DNA of 64,000 bases, taken from IMG/VR virus record IMGVR_UViG_3300045988_144993. One strand, given 5' to 3'. Positions within the stretch are counted from its first letter, which is position 1. Every line of letters begins with the position of its first letter. The position numbers and the translations under genes were made by a program. Shown here in pieces: positions 1-11,500 of the stretch. Under the pieces are notes generated by a model. That model ran no database searches and was not told the DNA's origin. It was given only the letters and a program-made list of their open reading frames with translations. Origin of the DNA: a virus.

Positions 1-69
1 CAATGTAATTGATTAACCGAACAGCCGAAGCCCGGCGGTTACAATACCGGGCAGAAAGGATGGCAGACA

Positions 70-663
70 ATGACACAAAAGGAATTAAAGGCGGCATATA
101 CCGAGGAATTAAAAAAAGCGTGGGATGATGACAAAATGGTTAAATATTGTAGCAAATCAACCGCTTTTGTCATTGAACACAACGGCGCACTATACGGAAT
201 TGAAAAGCCGAAAATTGAAACAAGTTTTTGCTTCGGTTATGGTATAAATGGAATCGCTGACACCGAGCAGGAGCGGACGGCGGAAGCAATGGCAGAAACA
301 GCGAGGAAAAGCAAAGAATATTTTATAAATCAAAATTTGGAAAATCTCAACCGTGGGATTAAATCCCTTCGGAAAATTCTTGACGATATGGGCAAAAACT
401 GGGCTGAAGGAAGTCATCCCCGATATATGATTGAAACGGGCGAGCATTACAGCGGACAAAAAGAGGATTGCAGACTCCGTTATTATTCAATCGTTGACAC
501 GTTCAACAGAACAACGGGCGAAATTTGCAACGATACCGAGCTTATTAAAAAATTGATTGCCGGATATGAGGAAGTCAAAACGGAATTTATAAAACGACTC
601 AATGCCTATTTAAAACGTTATGGAATGTCAAAGGTTAAAACCTGGTCATATTTGAGCGATTAA
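70..663 (+). CDS. hypothetical protein (197 aa)
   Basis: Long ORF with an ATG start; no recognisable motifs. Confidence 0.55.
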   Translation: MTQKELKAAYTEELKKAWDDDKMVKYCSKSTAFVIEHNGALYGIEKPKIETSFCFGYGINGIADTEQERTAEAMAETARKSKEYFINQNLENLNRGIKSLRKILDDMGKNWAEGSHPRYMIETGEHYSGQKEDCRLRYYSIVDTFNRTTGEICNDTELIKKLIAGYEEVKTEFIKRLNAYLKRYGMSKVKTWSYLSD

Positions 664-731
664 GGTTGAAAACCTTTTGAAACGTCATCCCGAATGGCAT
701 TTCAGTATTAAAAATTAAGGAGGAAAACACA

Positions 732-1082
732 ATGAAAAAATATATTAAAGTAAAGGAAAATCCGGCAAAAGTTACACACTTGAAAATTGAATTGTATTAC
801 GACCTGGGCGGTATGAATTACTTTACGGGCAGGGCGGAAAATCGAGGCTATTATCTGTCGGTATCACCGGTTACAAGAGGAACAAGTGCCGGCGGTTTTT
901 CATCGGAAAGTTACACAGCGTTTACCGGAATTAAGCAGAATATTAAGCAGGTAACAAGGAAAAGTGCAAAGGCAGAAGCCGAAGCCGAAAAGCTGGCAGC
1001 CGATGCAATGGATAACTTGATTGATTATGTATGCAGGAAAAACGGGCTTGAAATTGCAGAGCCGGAAACAATACCGGCATAA
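732..1082 (+). CDS. hypothetical protein
   Basis: ORF preceded by the ribosome-binding site AAGGAGG. Confidence 0.6.
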   Translation: MKKYIKVKENPAKVTHLKIELYYDLGGMNYFTGRAENRGYYLSVSPVTRGTSAGGFSSESYTAFTGIKQNIKQVTRKSAKAEAEAEKLAADAMDNLIDYVCRKNGLEIAEPETIPA

Positions 1083-1093
1083 AGGAGGATAAA

Positions 1094-1456
1094 TTGATGG
1101 CAGGAAAATTTGAATTGTTTTGTGGTTGCCTTGGAAATGGTACAACGGTATGCAACAAGGCAGTAACGGAAAACGGAGACTATAAAAAAATCGCCCATAT
1201 TTCAGAAGGTGGAAACATACGGCTATATGTTGCCGAGTCATACATTCCAGCCGCCGAGATGGAAAAAATCAAAGCGATGGCGAACGGAGACAAAGCGGAA
1301 TTTATGAAACGTTTTGAAACTCTACCAGAGGTCGAGCAGTACGGAAAAATCCTTGACCGAGTACAGCATCAGAAATTTATGGAATTTGTCGGAGATAAAA
1401 GACCGTTAGCGGAAAAACTTCCGTCAATGCGTGAATACTTTTATACCATAGCATAA
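1094..1456 (+). CDS. hypothetical protein
   Basis: ORF with ribosome-binding site AAAGGAGG 6 nt upstream. Confidence 0.6.
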   Translation: MMAGKFELFCGCLGNGTTVCNKAVTENGDYKKIAHISEGGNIRLYVAESYIPAAEMEKIKAMANGDKAEFMKRFETLPEVEQYGKILDRVQHQKFMEFVGDKRPLAEKLPSMREYFYTIA

Positions 1457-1544
1457 ACGAAAGGAGAAAGCCGAAACGGGCAGAAAAAGCCCGTAGCAGT
1501 GAGATGGGCGCCCACTACCTGACGAGGCAGCCCAAAAATGAATA

Positions 1545-1970
1545 ATGGGAGGAAAATTCAAAATGACAATAGAAAAGTTATGGAAATCCGCTTGTTGCGG
1601 AGAAAATGACAAGCTCAAAGAATATTATGAGAACGGTGGAAAAATCAACAGGAGATACAGAGCCTTCGGAATGACTCACAGCCTGATAGCAGGAGCTTAT
1701 CGCAACGGAAATCTTGACACGGTGGATTTACTCTATAAATACGGAGAACGCCCGGAAGGTCACGAAATGGACGAAATAGGCTATATTCCGGGCTATGCAA
1801 TACTTATCATAAGAACGGACGGAAAAAGGCAATATGTGCCGTTTGCAAGCAAGGAAAACGCATATACAATATATCGCAGCCTTCAGCGTGTAGCAGTTGA
1901 CACAACGGAAAATATTGAATCTCTGGCTGTTCAATGTGATAATGTTATAATGGAAAAAATCAACTATTAG
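1545..1970 (+). CDS. hypothetical protein
   Basis: ORF with ribosome-binding site GGGAGGAAAA. Confidence 0.55.
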   Translation: MGGKFKMTIEKLWKSACCGENDKLKEYYENGGKINRRYRAFGMTHSLIAGAYRNGNLDTVDLLYKYGERPEGHEMDEIGYIPGYAILIIRTDGKRQYVPFASKENAYTIYRSLQRVAVDTTENIESLAVQCDNVIMEKINY

Positions 1971-2000
1971 AAAAATTTTTGAGAAATTTCAAAAAAACAC

Positions 2001-2029
2001 TTGACAATAGGATAAACCTATGTTATAAT
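2001..2029 (+). promoter_or_regulatory. sigma-A-type promoter: TTGACA-N17-TGtTATAAT
   Basis: -35 TTGACA at 2001-2006 and extended -10 TATAAT at 2024-2029. The same architecture recurs at 11 other sites. Confidence 0.6.
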
Positions 2030-2062
2030 GAATACAGAAAACAAGGAAAGGAATGGCGCAAT

Positions 2063-2419
2063 ATGAAAGAAAAAGTTACAGCAAAAGATAAACAAATGCT
2101 GGCACATCTTGTACCATATGGAGAATTTGCGGATATTTATTTATGCTTTATATATTATAAAAACAAAGATAAATATATGGATTCTGTATTCAATAAGGTT
2201 AAAATGTGGGTAGAGGAAAACGGCGGTAGAATAGAAAAAATACAAGGCAAGGCAGCACCATCCTTTGATAATCCTACATTCGGAAAGAATAAAAAATATA
2301 TACAACGTGATTACGATAAAATAATTGACGGAGAGCGGAAAGGATATAAAGTTAAAATTGTTTTTCCTACATTTAATAATCGTGATATGAAAAATATTAT
2401 GTCAACAATTTATCATTAA
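2063..2419 (+). CDS. hypothetical protein
   Basis: The tracked ORF 1979-2419 begins inside the promoter. I trimmed the start to the ATG at 2063, which follows a ribosome-binding site. Confidence 0.5.
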   Translation: MKEKVTAKDKQMLAHLVPYGEFADIYLCFIYYKNKDKYMDSVFNKVKMWVEENGGRIEKIQGKAAPSFDNPTFGKNKKYIQRDYDKIIDGERKGYKVKIVFPTFNNRDMKNIMSTIYH

Positions 2420-2478
2420 GTAAAAATTTAATCATTAAAAACAATATTGAGAAACACAAATATTAAGGAGGAAAACTT

Positions 2479-2937
2479 ATGTCAACACCGAATTTTAGAG
2501 ATATGGAATACAATATGCCGATGGTATGCGGAGCATTAAACGATGACGAAACCGAATGCTATATTGAATTTGAAACGGCTGAACAATTAGCAGAGGAATT
2601 TTCAAATAGTTTAACATTTCACGATATAACAATCGAAAGCGGTTATTACTATGGATTCCAATTCTGGGTAGAGGAAAAGTTCAGTAAATATTTTGACCTT
2701 GACAAATCATCGGAATACTGCATTGACAATGACGATGCACATTATTATTTTGATATGTTCAGAAGTCAAGCGTTAAGAGCAGCCGATGCAGAGAAAAGGA
2801 AAATCGCAAAGTGGCTGGAAAAATTGCAGGAAAACGGTTTTGAAATTCTTGTATGCACGGCAAAATTCACCAACGGCGAGGCTATTTATTCAAGAGCTAC
2901 ACCGAGAACAAAACTTATTGCGGCAGCAATAGCATAA
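2479..2937 (+). CDS. hypothetical protein
   Basis: ORF with ribosome-binding site TAAGGAGG. Confidence 0.6.
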   Translation: MSTPNFRDMEYNMPMVCGALNDDETECYIEFETAEQLAEEFSNSLTFHDITIESGYYYGFQFWVEEKFSKYFDLDKSSEYCIDNDDAHYYFDMFRSQALRAADAEKRKIAKWLEKLQENGFEILVCTAKFTNGEAIYSRATPRTKLIAAAIA

Positions 2938-2998
2938 ACAAGTTATTAACCGTCACAGACGGAAAAATAAATTTTTTTGCAAAGGAAGGTAAAACATT

Positions 2999-3199
2999 AT
3001 GAAAATCTTTTTAATTGTGCTGGCTTGTCTTTATGTGGCTTTTAACTGCGTGACGGCAAAGCTCATCGGAACAGAGGAAATGAAACAGAGATTCATTGAC
3101 GGACAGTGTATAGTTGGTAAAATCGCTGCAAACATTTTCTATTCACCGGCGTGGTTGCTGAAGGGTGTTAAATTCCTGGCAGTCAAGTTTATCAAATAA
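2999..3199 (+). CDS. small hydrophobic protein (66 aa)
   Basis: ORF with ribosome-binding site AAGGAAGG and a hydrophobic N-terminus. Confidence 0.4.
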   Translation: MKIFLIVLACLYVAFNCVTAKLIGTEEMKQRFIDGQCIVGKIAANIFYSPAWLLKGVKFLAVKFIK

Positions 3200-3273
3200 G
3201 ATACATAATGAGGTGTGAGCCGTGCCAGGCGGTGCGGCTACACCGAAAACCTACACAAGAAAGGAAAATTATA

Positions 3274-3648
3274 ATGATATTAAAGGTAAATGATACAGAA
3301 AAATTCAACATTTCAATGACACTACACATTGATGACAAAGCAGAGGAAATCACGGTGCATATTAAGCACTGGGATAAACAGACCGGAGTTATAAACGGAT
3401 ATGATTATCCGGCAGCGGAATATTCAAAAGCCCTTGCAAAATTCAATGAGCTTGAAAATATTAAAATTGCAGGTAAAACAATGTTAAAAGCAACAAACAT
3501 ATTATGGGATGTCGATTATGATGATGACGGAGAATTGCCGACAGAAATTGATATACCTGAAGGAATGACAGACGAGGACGAAATATCTGATTATCTATCG
3601 GAAGTAACAGGATATTGCCACCAGGGCTATGTATTGGAGGGAAAATAA
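3274..3648 (+). CDS. hypothetical protein
   Basis: Start trimmed to the ATG after ribosome-binding site AAGGAAAA (MILKVND...). Confidence 0.5.
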   Translation: MILKVNDTEKFNISMTLHIDDKAEEITVHIKHWDKQTGVINGYDYPAAEYSKALAKFNELENIKIAGKTMLKATNILWDVDYDDDGELPTEIDIPEGMTDEDEISDYLSEVTGYCHQGYVLEGK

Positions 3649-3649
3649 A

Positions 3650-3973
3650 ATGTTACAACCTGGAGTATATAAAGCAGATAAAGGCGGATGGGATGGCTAT
3701 GAATTAACCGTTGATATTAAAGAAACGGAAAAGTCTTTGATTTTGAAAATCATTGATTATAAATTTAGATATTCACCGGCACAAATTGATATGCTATTCA
3801 AAAAAGATTTTGACCATATGAGTTATGAGGAACAGCAAAATATTAAAAATGGAAAATATCGTGCAGTTATCAAAAAACAAGGTGAAGGTCACGCTTTGAG
3901 GTTATGGGGTGATAATTCATTTACTTTATATCCATACCAGTCTGGTATTCCTTTTTACTTTGTAAAGCAGTAA
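3650..3973 (+). CDS. hypothetical protein
   Basis: Start trimmed to the ATG after ribosome-binding site GGAGGGAAAA. Confidence 0.5.
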   Translation: MLQPGVYKADKGGWDGYELTVDIKETEKSLILKIIDYKFRYSPAQIDMLFKKDFDHMSYEEQQNIKNGKYRAVIKKQGEGHALRLWGDNSFTLYPYQSGIPFYFVKQ

Positions 3974-4088
3974 ATAAAACTAACATTTCATTGATATTAA
4001 GGAGGAAAATATTTTGAAAAATCCGAGATTATTAAGTAGTAAAAACATTACGATTTTTGTCTTGACCGAGAATTTGAGGATTAAGTTA

Positions 4089-4117
4089 TTGACAATAGTA
4101 TAAACCTATGTTATAAT
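4089..4117 (+). promoter_or_regulatory. sigma-A-type promoter: TTGACA-N17-TGtTATAAT
   Basis: -35 TTGACA at 4089-4094 and -10 TATAAT at 4112-4117. The -10 box and the nucleotides around it are almost identical to the promoter at 2001. Confidence 0.55.
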
Positions 4118-4437
4118 ATATAAGAGGTGATATGATATGCCGAGAAACAAATTATAATCGGAACATATGACAGACCAGATGATAGGTAAATTAAAAAGAG
4201 AATGCCGGAAAATTCTCCGACATTACAGGTAGGAGCGTGATACAGTGTATCTATTAGTTACAATATTGATATTGCTTGTATGGGCTATATATAGCATTAT
4301 AAAGGCAGCACAGCCGGCTAATCCTCCTATTGAGGATATGGAACAACACCTAAAATATATTCAGAGCTTACCAAATCAAAAGGCAAGGAAAAAATATCTT
4401 AAAAAATTAAAAAAATTAAAATAAGAAGGAGCTTTAT

Positions 4438-4668
4438 ATGCCAAAGAGCAGTCAGAAAAAACTTGATTATAACAAAGAATATAACAGAAAAAACGGCTAT
4501 GCAAATCAGGCACGATACCACAAAACACATCCCAGCAAGACATATGGCTTGCGAGTGTTCTCGCACGAGACGGATATTATTGAGCAGCTTGAAAGTCAAA
4601 AAAATAAATCCGGTTATCTTAAAGAGTTAATCAGAGCAGACATTAAAAGACAAAAAGAACATAATTAA
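4438..4668 (+). CDS. small basic protein (76 aa)
   Basis: ORF with ribosome-binding site AGAAGGAG. Confidence 0.5.
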   Translation: MPKSSQKKLDYNKEYNRKNGYANQARYHKTHPSKTYGLRVFSHETDIIEQLESQKNKSGYLKELIRADIKRQKEHN

Positions 4669-4703
4669 AGAAAATTCCTGGCAACAGGATTTTTCTTAAA
4701 AAG

Positions 4704-4779
4704 TTAGAAATAATTTTGAGAAAAACGCTTGACAAATGGTTAAACCTATGTTACAATGTGTATAGTAAATGATTTACTA
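4704..4779 (+). promoter_or_regulatory. promoter with conserved upstream element and palindromic operator
   Basis: Upstream element TTAGAAATAATTTTGAGAAA at 4704-4723. -35 TTGACA at 4729-4734 and extended -10 TACAAT at 4752-4757. A perfect 17-bp palindrome, TAGTAAATGATTTACTA, lies at 4763-4779. Confidence 0.6.
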
Positions 4780-4807
4780 CACCACAAAGAATAGGAGTAA
4801 AAACAAA

Positions 4808-5020
4808 ATGAAAGTTACAAAGATTTATGTAGTCAGAGTACAGGCACGAGATGAATGGGGTTCAAGAAATTTAGACGAAGCATTTTTCAAACTTGAAAAG
4901 GCACAGAAGTTTATTGAAAGTCGCGGCGACAATCCAAAGCAGTTTAGCCCATATTATTATGAATCATCAGAATATAGATATTATATTGATAAATTAAGCA
5001 TACACGGTAAAAGGAGATAA
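4808..5020 (+). CDS. hypothetical protein
   Basis: The tracked ORF starts inside the operator. I trimmed the start to the ATG at 4808, which follows ribosome-binding site AATAGGAG. Confidence 0.5.
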   Translation: MKVTKIYVVRVQARDEWGSRNLDEAFFKLEKAQKFIESRGDNPKQFSPYYYESSEYRYYIDKLSIHGKRR

Positions 5021-5025
5021 ACACA

Positions 5026-5532
5026 ATGAGAGATTTAACAGCGTATGCAATAGAATGTATGACAGAGCTTGATAATATCGGAATTGAGTATGGAAATATT
5101 ATTGAGTTCACAGTAAATACAAGAGCAAAGAAAAGATGGGGGCAATGCAAGGCTGTTCCAGGCGGATATTCGATAAACATTAGTAATGTATTGCTTGATG
5201 AGAGAAACGATGTAAAAGGACTCAAGGAGACAATTCATCACGAGTTGCTGCATAGTTGCAAAGGCTGTATGAATCACGGCAATAACTGGAAGCGATTAGC
5301 ACAAAAAGTTAATAGAGCTTATGGTTATAATATTAAAAGGACAAATTCAGCAACCGACAAGGGTGTGCTTGAAGAAACAAGACCTCCTGTGAAACAAAGA
5401 GAAATCAATCATAAGGTTGTATGTCTTGACTGCGGACATATCTACACAAGAACAAAGATGAGCAAATTGATAACTAATACAGACCGTTACCGTTGCGGAT
5501 GCTGCGGCGGAAAGTTAAAACTTGAATATTAA
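5026..5532 (+). CDS. SprT-like zinc metalloprotease
   Basis: HELLH zinc-binding motif (IHHELLHSC). C-terminal zinc ribbon with the cysteine pattern CLDCG...CGCCGG. Confidence 0.6.
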   Translation: MRDLTAYAIECMTELDNIGIEYGNIIEFTVNTRAKKRWGQCKAVPGGYSINISNVLLDERNDVKGLKETIHHELLHSCKGCMNHGNNWKRLAQKVNRAYGYNIKRTNSATDKGVLEETRPPVKQREINHKVVCLDCGHIYTRTKMSKLITNTDRYRCGCCGGKLKLEY

Positions 5533-5571
5533 AAATAAGCAAGAGCAACGCAAAAATGGAGGTTATTTGAT

Positions 5572-5844
5572 ATGGTAAAATATACATTCAGAAACAAAAA
5601 ATATGAAGCCACTGGTAAAGCAGAAAAGTTATTTGAAAAATGGGCAACCATCGGAACATCCGATGAATTAAAAAGAAACAAATTAACATTGTGTCAATAT
5701 CATTCTTTGCCTGGTATGTTACACGAGATAGCCCAATCAGGAAAGACACGAACCTGTAGCTTTGATATTGCAGAATGGTTTATAAAGCGTGGTTGCAAAG
5801 TAACACTGGATGAACACAATATCAATTTTGAAATCACGATATAA
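5572..5844 (+). CDS. hypothetical protein
   Basis: ORF with ribosome-binding site GGAGG. Confidence 0.5.
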   Translation: MVKYTFRNKKYEATGKAEKLFEKWATIGTSDELKRNKLTLCQYHSLPGMLHEIAQSGKTRTCSFDIAEWFIKRGCKVTLDEHNINFEITI

Positions 5845-5857
5845 GGAGATATATAAA

Positions 5858-6274
5858 ATGATTAAGATTGAAGCATTAAAAAACTACACCATTCCCTATT
5901 GTGGAAATAAAAGAATCCAGCCTTATGGTGATTTGGTTATCTCTGATGGTGAGTGCCGAAAGACCTGCAAAATTCAGGATGACGGAGCAAAGCAGTATAT
6001 CACCTTTAACCGCAAGAGATATTATGTTCGCAATGCTGGCACTCTTTATAGTCCGAAGTTCGTGATTATTGGCAGTATCGAAGATGCTGCTTCGGTATTG
6101 AGACTATGTAACTACAAGGTTGAAATCCAGAGCGACACGGCACTGATGGTCTACTACAAGGACAACGGCAACGACCACACACAAGTCTTCATATGCGATG
6201 AAAGCAGAGACGGCTACTATATGATAGAGGGCAGAGTTCAGAATCTTGCCGACTGGATTAAGAGAGGTATCTAA
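5858..6274 (+). CDS. hypothetical protein
   Basis: Start trimmed to the ATG after ribosome-binding site AAGGAGATAT. Confidence 0.5.
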   Translation: MIKIEALKNYTIPYCGNKRIQPYGDLVISDGECRKTCKIQDDGAKQYITFNRKRYYVRNAGTLYSPKFVIIGSIEDAASVLRLCNYKVEIQSDTALMVYYKDNGNDHTQVFICDESRDGYYMIEGRVQNLADWIKRGI

Positions 6275-6276
6275 CA

Positions 6277-6495
6277 ATGTATATGCTACTTCAAGTAGAT
6301 AAAGAGGAAAACGGAGTTGTTGAAGGAACACATATGCAATGGTGCTGTGCTTGTTCTCTCGAAGAAGCAGCGACACGAGCAAGAGAAACAGAAAAAGCAA
6401 ATGGAAATCATATAACCGTTGCGGTGATTGATGAATTATATGACTCATACACAACCGGCAGACAGTTCAAAGAGAAGAAAAGACTTGATAAGTAA
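6277..6495 (+). CDS. hypothetical protein
   Basis: Start codon overlaps the upstream stop codon. Confidence 0.45.
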   Translation: MYMLLQVDKEENGVVEGTHMQWCCACSLEEAATRARETEKANGNHITVAVIDELYDSYTTGRQFKEKKRLDK

Positions 6496-6546
6496 GAGAG
6501 GAAATTGTTATGAAAATTAAAACTTGGATTAAGTGGCACGAAAGTT

Positions 6547-6768
6547 ATGTACCGGCACGTTGCCGACGGTCTGGGTCATAACCACGGCGGCACTGGAATG
6601 TTCTGCTCATACAATTACAATCCGAACATCTGCAAGGAAAGTTACTTTTCCGCATTGCAAGGAGAGCAGGCTGTCGCATATGTAAACAAGGTAGCCGCAG
6701 GTTGTGGCGATACAAATGATGTTGGAAAATTTAAGCCGTTTATCGTATGTCATAATGATAAGCGGTAA
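6547..6768 (+). CDS. hypothetical protein
   Basis: No ribosome-binding site. A 23-codon ORF at 6510, which does have a ribosome-binding site, overlaps it in another frame, so this may be a frameshifted gene. Confidence 0.3.
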   Translation: MYRHVADGLGHNHGGTGMFCSYNYNPNICKESYFSALQGEQAVAYVNKVAAGCGDTNDVGKFKPFIVCHNDKR

Positions 6769-6786
6769 AGTTGAAAATCTTATTGA

Positions 6787-7818
6787 TTGGATAAAAAGAG
6801 GATGAACAAAATGGAAAAATGCACATTAAGTAAATTTGAAAATATTGAAATTAAAAACGATACAAGAATTGCAAAAGATGACCTTGCATTTTGTGAATCT
6901 AACCAAAGATTATATCTTAAAGTTCTCAAAAATTATCAAAATATTTATGGCGACTTGCTAAAGGTACTGCAAAAAGAACAATCACAATTTGAAAAAATTG
7001 AGATGGAGAATACTTTTACTAAAAACGGATATTCTTATAAAAAATACGATTATCATTTTTTATCAATAAATAAAGAAGATTTTGCAGAAATAATATCCGG
7101 AGTTCACAAAATTTTTATCACAACTATTGTTGATTATTTTATTGAAAAATACGGCGTAGAATTAAATGTAAAATCTGTTGACGAAATACTCGGAATTGAA
7201 AAGCCAAAGCAAGTTGATGGTAATTATTGGGGCTATCGCAACCTAACCAATGAAGAAATTGATAAAATCAAAGAAAGAAACAGAGAATATGAAAAATCTC
7301 TGGATAAATACAGAGATAAAGTTATTACAGCAAAAATTGATTTTAATACTATCATTGATGATATTTTCGTCCAATTAGACGGATATTCTTTTGTTGACAA
7401 AGTTAAGAAAGAAATCATTGATTCTTGCAAGTCTGCTTGTTTTAATCAATATAGAAAATATGGTTATGCTGAATTAAAAAAGAATAAAATTTCAATCGAA
7501 ACAGGTTTTGATAGTTATTTTAGCAGTATATGGAAAAAATATGAAGCAAGCACAGATAATTCAGCATTTAGGGCAATAATGAGAGCCTTATCATTCTTTG
7601 ATAGCGGAGAAAATAACATTTCCATTTATGATAGCTGGTATTACTCATTCATTTATTACAATAAACAAGAAACAGATGGTATTTACGGCTTGCATTCCGC
7701 ATACGGAAATAAGGTTGAATCATTCAAATTTTATAAAAACGGAAAGTGGGAAGTAAAGTTTATTTCAGAGGAAGAAGCACAGAAATTCTTCGATATGTAC
7801 TGCAAATTGGAGGCTTAA
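6787..7818 (+). CDS. hypothetical protein, paralog of 7823-8593
   Basis: Its C-terminus resembles that of the next ORF (..KNG.W.VKF.S.E.A..F...Y). Confidence 0.6.
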   Translation: MDKKRMNKMEKCTLSKFENIEIKNDTRIAKDDLAFCESNQRLYLKVLKNYQNIYGDLLKVLQKEQSQFEKIEMENTFTKNGYSYKKYDYHFLSINKEDFAEIISGVHKIFITTIVDYFIEKYGVELNVKSVDEILGIEKPKQVDGNYWGYRNLTNEEIDKIKERNREYEKSLDKYRDKVITAKIDFNTIIDDIFVQLDGYSFVDKVKKEIIDSCKSACFNQYRKYGYAELKKNKISIETGFDSYFSSIWKKYEASTDNSAFRAIMRALSFFDSGENNISIYDSWYYSFIYYNKQETDGIYGLHSAYGNKVESFKFYKNGKWEVKFISEEEAQKFFDMYCKLEA

Positions 7819-7822
7819 TAAT

Positions 7823-8593
7823 ATGAATTTATTAGATAAATTTACAGATATAAAAGTAGATAATTCAAAGAGATTACCGGCGGAAGATATGGAACATTGT
7901 AAGATTGAAGAAGAAATGTTTTTGAATGCGTACAACGCATATTCAACGGCTTATAACAGTGTCAAAAATGCTTTTGATAGGCAAAATCAATTTGATGGCG
8001 GAAAATATAGCGGCTTTATCTGGGAATATTGCGATTGTGGAATAAATGATTTAAGAAATAAACTAATATCTTTGAAGTCATCCTTTATAAGTAAAATTGT
8101 CGGATATTTTAATCGAAAATATCACTTGAATTTGTCCTGCAATAACAAATTTGATGGAACTACATATCATAAAGATTTAAGTTTAGATGTTATCACAATA
8201 GAGGAAGTTTTGGATGAATATATTTTCGGAAGATTAGAAGGATTGACATTTACAGAATGTGCAATTAAACAAGCTATGGAGAAGAACGACATCAAACGGC
8301 AAGAATGGAATAAATGGTGTGAAAAATGGAATTATTCAGTTAAAGGAAGAGCTATTAAATTCCAATACTCAATCACAGACCAAAAACCGCTTCTTTACTT
8401 CTACGATAACAACGAAACAGAAGTATGTTCGACATTAAAACATAATAAGATAGATTCTATTCAAGAATTTAAGAATGGAAGTGTATCAGTTAAGTTTTTG
8501 TCTGCTGAATTTGCATTAGAATTTGCAAAGAAATATCTTGGATATATTGAAATGACCGATGAAGAAATAGAAAAACTGAAAGCGGGAAATTAA
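7823..8593 (+). CDS. hypothetical protein, paralog of 6787-7818
   Basis: Shares the C-terminal motif of the upstream ORF. Lies directly before the methyltransferase-helicase gene. Confidence 0.6.
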   Translation: MNLLDKFTDIKVDNSKRLPAEDMEHCKIEEEMFLNAYNAYSTAYNSVKNAFDRQNQFDGGKYSGFIWEYCDCGINDLRNKLISLKSSFISKIVGYFNRKYHLNLSCNNKFDGTTYHKDLSLDVITIEEVLDEYIFGRLEGLTFTECAIKQAMEKNDIKRQEWNKWCEKWNYSVKGRAIKFQYSITDQKPLLYFYDNNETEVCSTLKHNKIDSIQEFKNGSVSVKFLSAEFALEFAKKYLGYIEMTDEEIEKLKAGN

Positions 8594-8594
8594 A

Positions 8595-11500
8595 ATGAAA
8601 TATATTGTTGAAAATTTGATAATTCCACAAGATAAACGGGCAGAGATTAACAACAAAATTCTTTATTTGATTGACAACGGAATAGCGGAAGAAAACGGAA
8701 TAACTGCAACTGACATAGCAAGCTCATACACCGGAAACGGTGGATTAAGTGGAGAAAAATTTTCAAACTATGAAAATTATTATGATTATTCAGAAGCCAA
8801 AAAAGAATTTGAACAAGGACAGTTTTTTACACCGTATGCCATTACCGATTTTGTAATACAATGTTTGAAACCGGACAAATTCGATATAATTATGGATTTA
8901 ACTTGTGGTCACGGAGCTTTTGCCAATTCTGTTCCCCAGGAAAGTAATTTCTTTGGTTGTGAAATTGATATGAAATCTTATAAGGTTGCAAAATATTTAT
9001 ACCCAAAAGCAAATATCCGGTGTTCAGATATAAGAGTATATAATCCTGAAATAAGAGCAGATGTTATTGTCGGAAATCCACCATTTAATTTGAAGTGGCA
9101 AATTGGAGATACGACTTATGTATCACAACTATACTACACAATTAAAGCATCGGAGAATATTAAACCGGGTGGTTTAATGGCTCTGGTAGTTCCATCAAGT
9201 TTTCTGGCGGATGATTTTTCCGATAGAGGAATGATAGAAGAAGTTTCAAAAGAATGGAATCTATTATGTCAGTTTGACATTCCTTCAGATACATTCAAAA
9301 ATCTCGGCGTTACTAATTTTTCTACTAAAATTATGTTTTTCCAAAAGAAAAGCGAACATATTTTAGATGTAAAATTTAGCACGAAAAAAATTGCAATTGA
9401 TTGTCTTAATATAGAATCTTCAAATTTCATTTATGAAAATTATATAAAGCCTGTAATCACTTTAAGAAATAAGTTGAAAAATCAGTTGTTTTTTGAAAAT
9501 TTACACGATGGCAAGACTCAAGAACAAAAACAATTTGAATATAAAGTTAAAAAAATGATGTTTGATATTAAGAGAAATCCTGCTTTACAGGATAAATATG
9601 CAAAATGCAGCGAGTATCTTTACAAATACCAAACACAGAAAATGCCAGAAGGAATGAAGTATGAAGAATGGGAAAAGAGGAAAATCACGCCTAATAAGGT
9701 ACTTGCCTATTTAAGAAAAGTTATCAAATCTGAACATAAAGTTGAAATTGATAAGATTGAATTAGTAAAAACTGATTATGGCTTAAAGTTAAAACCATAT
9801 AGCCGTAAAATGAAAATCTTATTGAATAAACAATATGGAGATTTTGGAAAATTTGTATCTATTAACGATATTGTTTCAGGTCAATGTTCATATCAATTTG
9901 AAAACAAAAAGTATGAAAAACTTATTGATAAGAAAATTAAAGATTTTCAAAGTAATGAAGTATCATTTAAGGATATGAAACAAGATTCTAATATAATGAA
10001 ATTTCTTGATAATTTTTCTATCCACGATTATAACAAAAATGAAACTTATAAGTTGACGGAAAAGCAAAAAGAAGATATAAATAAACTTTTGCAGAAAAGA
10101 TATGTTTTCTTGCAGTGGGAACAGGGTAGCGGAAAAACTTTTGCCGGCATAGCTCAAATGGATTATAGATTCCAACACAACAATATTAGAAATGCTTTTG
10201 TAATCTCTACTGCTATCGCGATAAATAACAACTGGCAAGATTGCCTTGAGGCTTACCATTATGACTATATAAGAATCAATAGTTATTCGGATATTCAGAA
10301 GATTAAAAAAGGACAAATTGTTTTAATTACTCTTGATATACTCAATACTTTACAAAAACATATTAAGAAATTTGTTAAAATGCAATCTCAAAAAGTTATG
10401 CTTGTAATGGATGAAAGTGATAGCATATCAAATCAAAATAGCAAGAGAACAAAAGCAGTATTAAGTTGTTTTAGAAAAATTAAATACAAAGTATGTATGA
10501 CCGGAACAAGCACACGAAACAATATTTGTGAAATTTACCCTCAACTTGAATTGCTTTACAATAATAGCGTTAATATGTTGTGTGAATGTGAAACTGTTTA
10601 TGTTGTGGATAAAAATAAGGATTCTGAAACCAAAGGCAAAATTATTTCCGATTTTAATAAACAATATAATAATCCATTCCCAGCATATAAGAAAGGATAT
10701 TCATTATTCAGCAAATGTTTTCTGCCAGATAAAATCACTGTATTTGGAGTTGTTAAAAAAACACAAGATATATATAATTCAGAAGCATTGAAAAAATTGC
10801 TTGACAAAACGATAATCACAAGGAAATTTGAAGAAGTCACAGGCAAGAAAATTTACGAAATCAAAAATGTCACTTGTAAATTCACACCGGAAGAAGAAGC
10901 ACTATATTCAATAGCAATAGAGGAATTTTATAAAATGCAATATCTATTTAAGACAACAGGAAACAGCAGAAAAGATGCTATGTTGAGAATCTTAAATCAA
11001 TTAACTCTTTTGCTTAAAATATGTGCTTGTCCTCACACATTCAAAGAATATTCTTCAACTGAATTGTCGAGTAAATATAAAAAAGTATTTGAGATGATTG
11101 AAAAGTGGAATAATGAAAGAATTGTAATAGGTGTTCGCCACGTTGACAATGTTTATTCTTATGCCACGGCAATTAAGGAATTATATCCGAATAGACCATT
11201 GTTTGTTATTACCGGAAATAACACAACATTAAAGAAAAGAATATCAATTTGTAATGAACTGAAAAAAACAAGAAATGGTATTTTAATTTGCACACAGCAA
11301 TCATTATCGTGCAGTATGAATATTGACTTTGTAAATAAGTGTATTATTCCAGAATTGCATTGGAATAATGCAAGTATGAGTCAGTTTTATTTTCGATTTA
11401 TCAGATTCACTTCTACGGAATGGAAGGAAATATATTTTGTAACTTATGAAAACAGTATAGAAGGAAATCTGTTAAAAATGATTCTGTGTAAAGAAAAATT